NCBI GenBank assembly: GCA_951406725.2
Contig: OX597830.1
Coordinates: 27,900,001 to 27,964,000, forward strand
From: Octopus vulgaris
Taxonomy: Eukaryota
Direction of reading: 5' to 3'
DNA: 64,000 nt
Below are positions 60,421-64,000 of this stretch, in pieces (within the stretch, counting starts at the first letter, position 1; the number at the start of each line of letters is the position of its first letter). A program made the position numbers and the translations under genes. The notes beneath the pieces were generated by a model. That model worked only from the letters and a program-made list of their open reading frames with translations. It searched no databases and had not been told where the DNA came from.

Positions 60421-61604
60421 ACCAATTAGTCTATCCAGTTTATTTCAGCTCTTAGTAATAACCCTTTCTGCAATAGGTACATGGTGTAAAATTTTCCGAT
60501 CCCAGTAAGTCAAATGATACTAATTTCAATGAACCCAAAACGATGAAAAGCAAAGGAGACCTCGGCGGAATTTGAACTCAAAGATGGAAGAAATACTACT
60601 AAGGATTTTGCTTGGCTTTCTAAAGATCCTGTCTGCTCGCTGCCTTAAAGCTTTTAGTAGTAATGATTAGATAATCAATTGCAAGGAACTTGAAATTAAT
60701 CCAGTTGACCTCTGCTTTTGTCAGTGAGAAAATATGTCGAAAGCCATGGTGTTTACATCTCTCACTCTTCGTAGGGTGTTGGCTAAAAATCTATAGATAT
60801 ATTTATCAAAATAGAATAACATAGAATTTTGTGAATTAAAGTCAAAATTATGATCCTTTGAGAAGTTTATAGTTGATATAAAATATAGATTTATAGGATA
60901 AAGTAATGTGAAATATAATGGCGGACATAGGTTTGTTTAGTCCATTGAAGTTATGGCATCATAGAAATTATATTTTTCACGTTAACGATGTTCTGTTTTG
61001 TAAAGAGGAACATAATGTAAAAGATATAGTAAAATTATCCAAACACAGTGTTACCTTCCTTCTCTGATTTACAACAAAACACTGTTCATAGTTACTAGTA
61101 GCGACTAACAACTACGAGCATTCCTATTTCAGAATGAGGTGTCTTTCCGATTATTAAACTGTTGTTGTAAGAACACAAGCTGACAGATTCGTTTGCACAC
61201 CAGATAAAGTGCTTAGCGGCATTTCGACTGTCTTCACATACTGAGTTCCAAAATTGCACTGAACTTGACGTTACCTTTCATCAACTTGGTGTCAATAAAG
61301 CTTTTGTAATAATGTACGGAGGTCAACGTAATGGGTTTAACATCCCACGAAAAACTGCTGGCCCTGTGCCAAAATTTGAAACCATAATTATACTGTTGTT
61401 GTATCATTCATTCACCACACATATTCATTACTGTTTTTCCACCTATGTAGCATGTTTATTTCCTTTTTATTAACATTAATTACCTTCTGTTACCATTAAT
61501 AATCTAGAAAACCGTATGTCAAAAGAATTTCGTACATGATGTTGCATGTATTATGTTAGTCATTCTTTAAGAATGACTGTGATCATAAGTACTGACAAAA
61601 AATA

Positions 61605-62045
61605 AGGCGGTTAGCTGGCATAAACGCTGGGCGAAATGCTTAGCAGTATTTCGTCTGCCGTTACGTTCTGAGTTCAAATTCCGCCGAGGTCGACTTTGCC
61701 TTTCATCCCTTTCGGGGTCGACTTTGCCTTTCATCTCTTTCGGGGTCGATGAATTAAGTACTAGTTACGCACTGGGGTCGATGTAATCGACTTAATCCCT
61801 GTGTCTGTCCTTGTTTGTGCCCTCTGTGTTTAGCCCCTTGTGGGTAGTAAAGAAATAGGTATTTCGTCTGCCGCTACGTTCTGAGTCCAAATTCCGTCGA
61901 GGTGGACTTTGCCTCTCATCCTTTCGGGGTCGATAAATTAATTACCAGTTATGCATTGGGGTCGATGTAATCGACTTAATCCCTATGTCTGTCCTTGTTT
62001 GTCTCCTCTGTGATTAGCCCCTTGTGGGCAATAAAGAAATAAGAA
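61605..62045 (+). mobile_element. Head-to-tail partial dimer of SINE family B with internal 29-bp duplication
   Basis: Second unit starts at ggtatttcgtctgccg directly after aaagaaata; gtcgactttgcctttcatc..tttcgggg repeated twice. Confidence 0.88.
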
Positions 62046-62829
62046 ATAAAATAAGAATTAGTGTCGAGCTTGGACTAAACAAAAGCTATTGCGCTTACCT
62101 TTTAATATTTCTTCTTTAAGACCCTTATTTTATTTTCCCTTCATCATTTACTTATTTATTGTTGTTGTTGCTGTTGTGTCTTCGTCTTCGTCGTTGTCAC
62201 CGTTATCGTTGTTGTTTAGACTCAAGCCAGTCTTGACCGAACAGACTTAAATCGAAGCAGTCAAGTCATCACCAGCTCCTTTTATTTTTGTTTGTATATC
62301 TATGACTCCATTGTTCACTATATCTTCCCTATCTAACATAATGTAGTGGGATTTGAGAAATTCTGGGTAGTTACCACGTATAGGAGCCCCTCCTTTCAAC
62401 TGTTCGGTTTGAGCAACTATTTACTCTGTATTTAGGTTCTGAGTTCAAATTTCACCATGTAGATTTTACCTTTTGCCCTTTCGTGAGTCAATAAAATAAA
62501 TACCAGTCGAACAGTGGGGACCAATGAAACCGAATATCGCTTTTCTCCTAAAAACTTCAGGCCATGTTGCTCTAGCAGAAAGGATTATTTCTCAGTCTTA
62601 ATCTGCGGAGATTGCTGAATAATTAACACGACGAAACAAAATGGATTAGCAGCATGTCTTCTTCCGCCGAGATCGACTTTGCCTTTCACAATCGGGATCG
62701 ATAAAATAAGTAACAGTTGTACCAGTTAAGCTCTAGAATCGAAGTAGTCGACAGCCTCCTTCCCTACAATTTCTGGCCTTCTGCCAAAATTAGAGAATTA
62801 TATTTCTGTGACTTTATCTTTACATTTTT

Positions 62830-63960
62830 TTGCCCCACCCAGACACTCTTAATCCCACACTCTCTTCTCATCTTTCTTTATCCCTCATATTATCATCTTC
62901 ATATTCTTATTCGGCATTTCTATATTTCTTTTAATTCTTTCTATATTTCTTGTATACTTCTCCGTCTTTCCTTCATTTTCTCTCTATATGCATCCATCTT
63001 CATCTTCCTCTATCTCTGTCTCTCTGTCTCTCTCTGTCTCTCTCTCACTTTCTTTTTTCTGTAATTCATTGTTACTCTTCCTTTCTTCCTGAGTCTCTCT
63101 CACTTTGCCTCTGTCCGTCTGTTTGTCTTTCTCTCTTTCATATTCTTTCTCTGTGAATAACACACTATTATCTTCACTTCCCTCTCACCCTCCTTTTCGT
63201 TTCTTTCTCTTCTGTCACTCAACGCCAATCTTCTTTCTTCCCAATGTCTCTCTTTCTTTCCATCTCCCTTCCTCTCACACGCTCTCTCCCACCCCATCTC
63301 TCTTTTTCTCTAGTCATTTCCTTTACTTAATCTGCCTACTTCGCGCTTCTTGTCTTTCTGTTACCCCCACATCCACTTCCAACCTTATCACTACTCAGTT
63401 TCTCTCATCTTTTACTCTCTCCATTGCTGTCTCCGTGCCAGCCATCCTCCCAATTTTCTCTCTTTCCATCACTTCAAATCTCCACCGCTTCCTATTGCTT
63501 TCACTGTTTCGTCATATCCATATATCTACGTTTCATTGATGTTTATAGTATTTTGGCCTTGTTCTGCATTTATGCAAACGTGTCTACGTCTCTTTGCATT
63601 GTCTCCCTTTGCATCTTCACTCTTCCCGCTCCACACTCCTTCTACCTTCACAGACTTCAATCTTTTAGCACATACACACACACACACGTATACATACATA
63701 TATATATACGCGCATACACACACAGAGACCACAGACACATGCATAAATTAATACAGTTACACTCAAGCAGACAACCACATATTCATACACAAAGTTCCTC
63801 GCTGTTTCACTCAGCCATACTTTTCAACTTCCCAGCCCGTCTCTCACCCTTACTTTCACTTTCCCTTGCTCTCCCATACTTGCTCTTTTACTTTTTACCT
63901 CCCTTTACAGGTCAGACTCCTTTTCTCTCTCTCTCTCTCTCTGATTTTCCTTCTTTCACT
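62830..63960. repeat. CT-rich polypyrimidine low-complexity tract
   Basis: Directly visible. Confidence 0.85.
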
Positions 63961-64000
63961 ATGTCTCTTACTTGTTTTAACATCACATTTTCGCTCTATG

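Overview
AT-rich, microsatellite-saturated eukaryotic genomic DNA. The SINE and repeat families resemble those of octopus (inference from recognised repeats, not a database search). Almost all ORFs in the supplied track are translations of simple repeats. Real content: (1) a probable 3' end of a minus-strand gene (candidate exons 12965-12905 and 7960-7897, poly(A) signal near 7050), so much of the window may be intron; (2) many tRNA-derived SINEs of about four families; (3) decayed R4/Dong-like RLE LINE fragments, a Penelope-like RT fragment, non-autonomous Helitrons and hAT/other MITEs; (4) the most notable signal, seven hammerhead-ribozyme motifs in small Penelope-type elements that repeatedly form foldback palindromes. 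Two hammerheads with intact cores lie at opposite ends of a ~760-bp inverted repeat (34066-34824). A Helitron is also flanked exactly by a ~650-bp direct duplication of host DNA (58218-59878).
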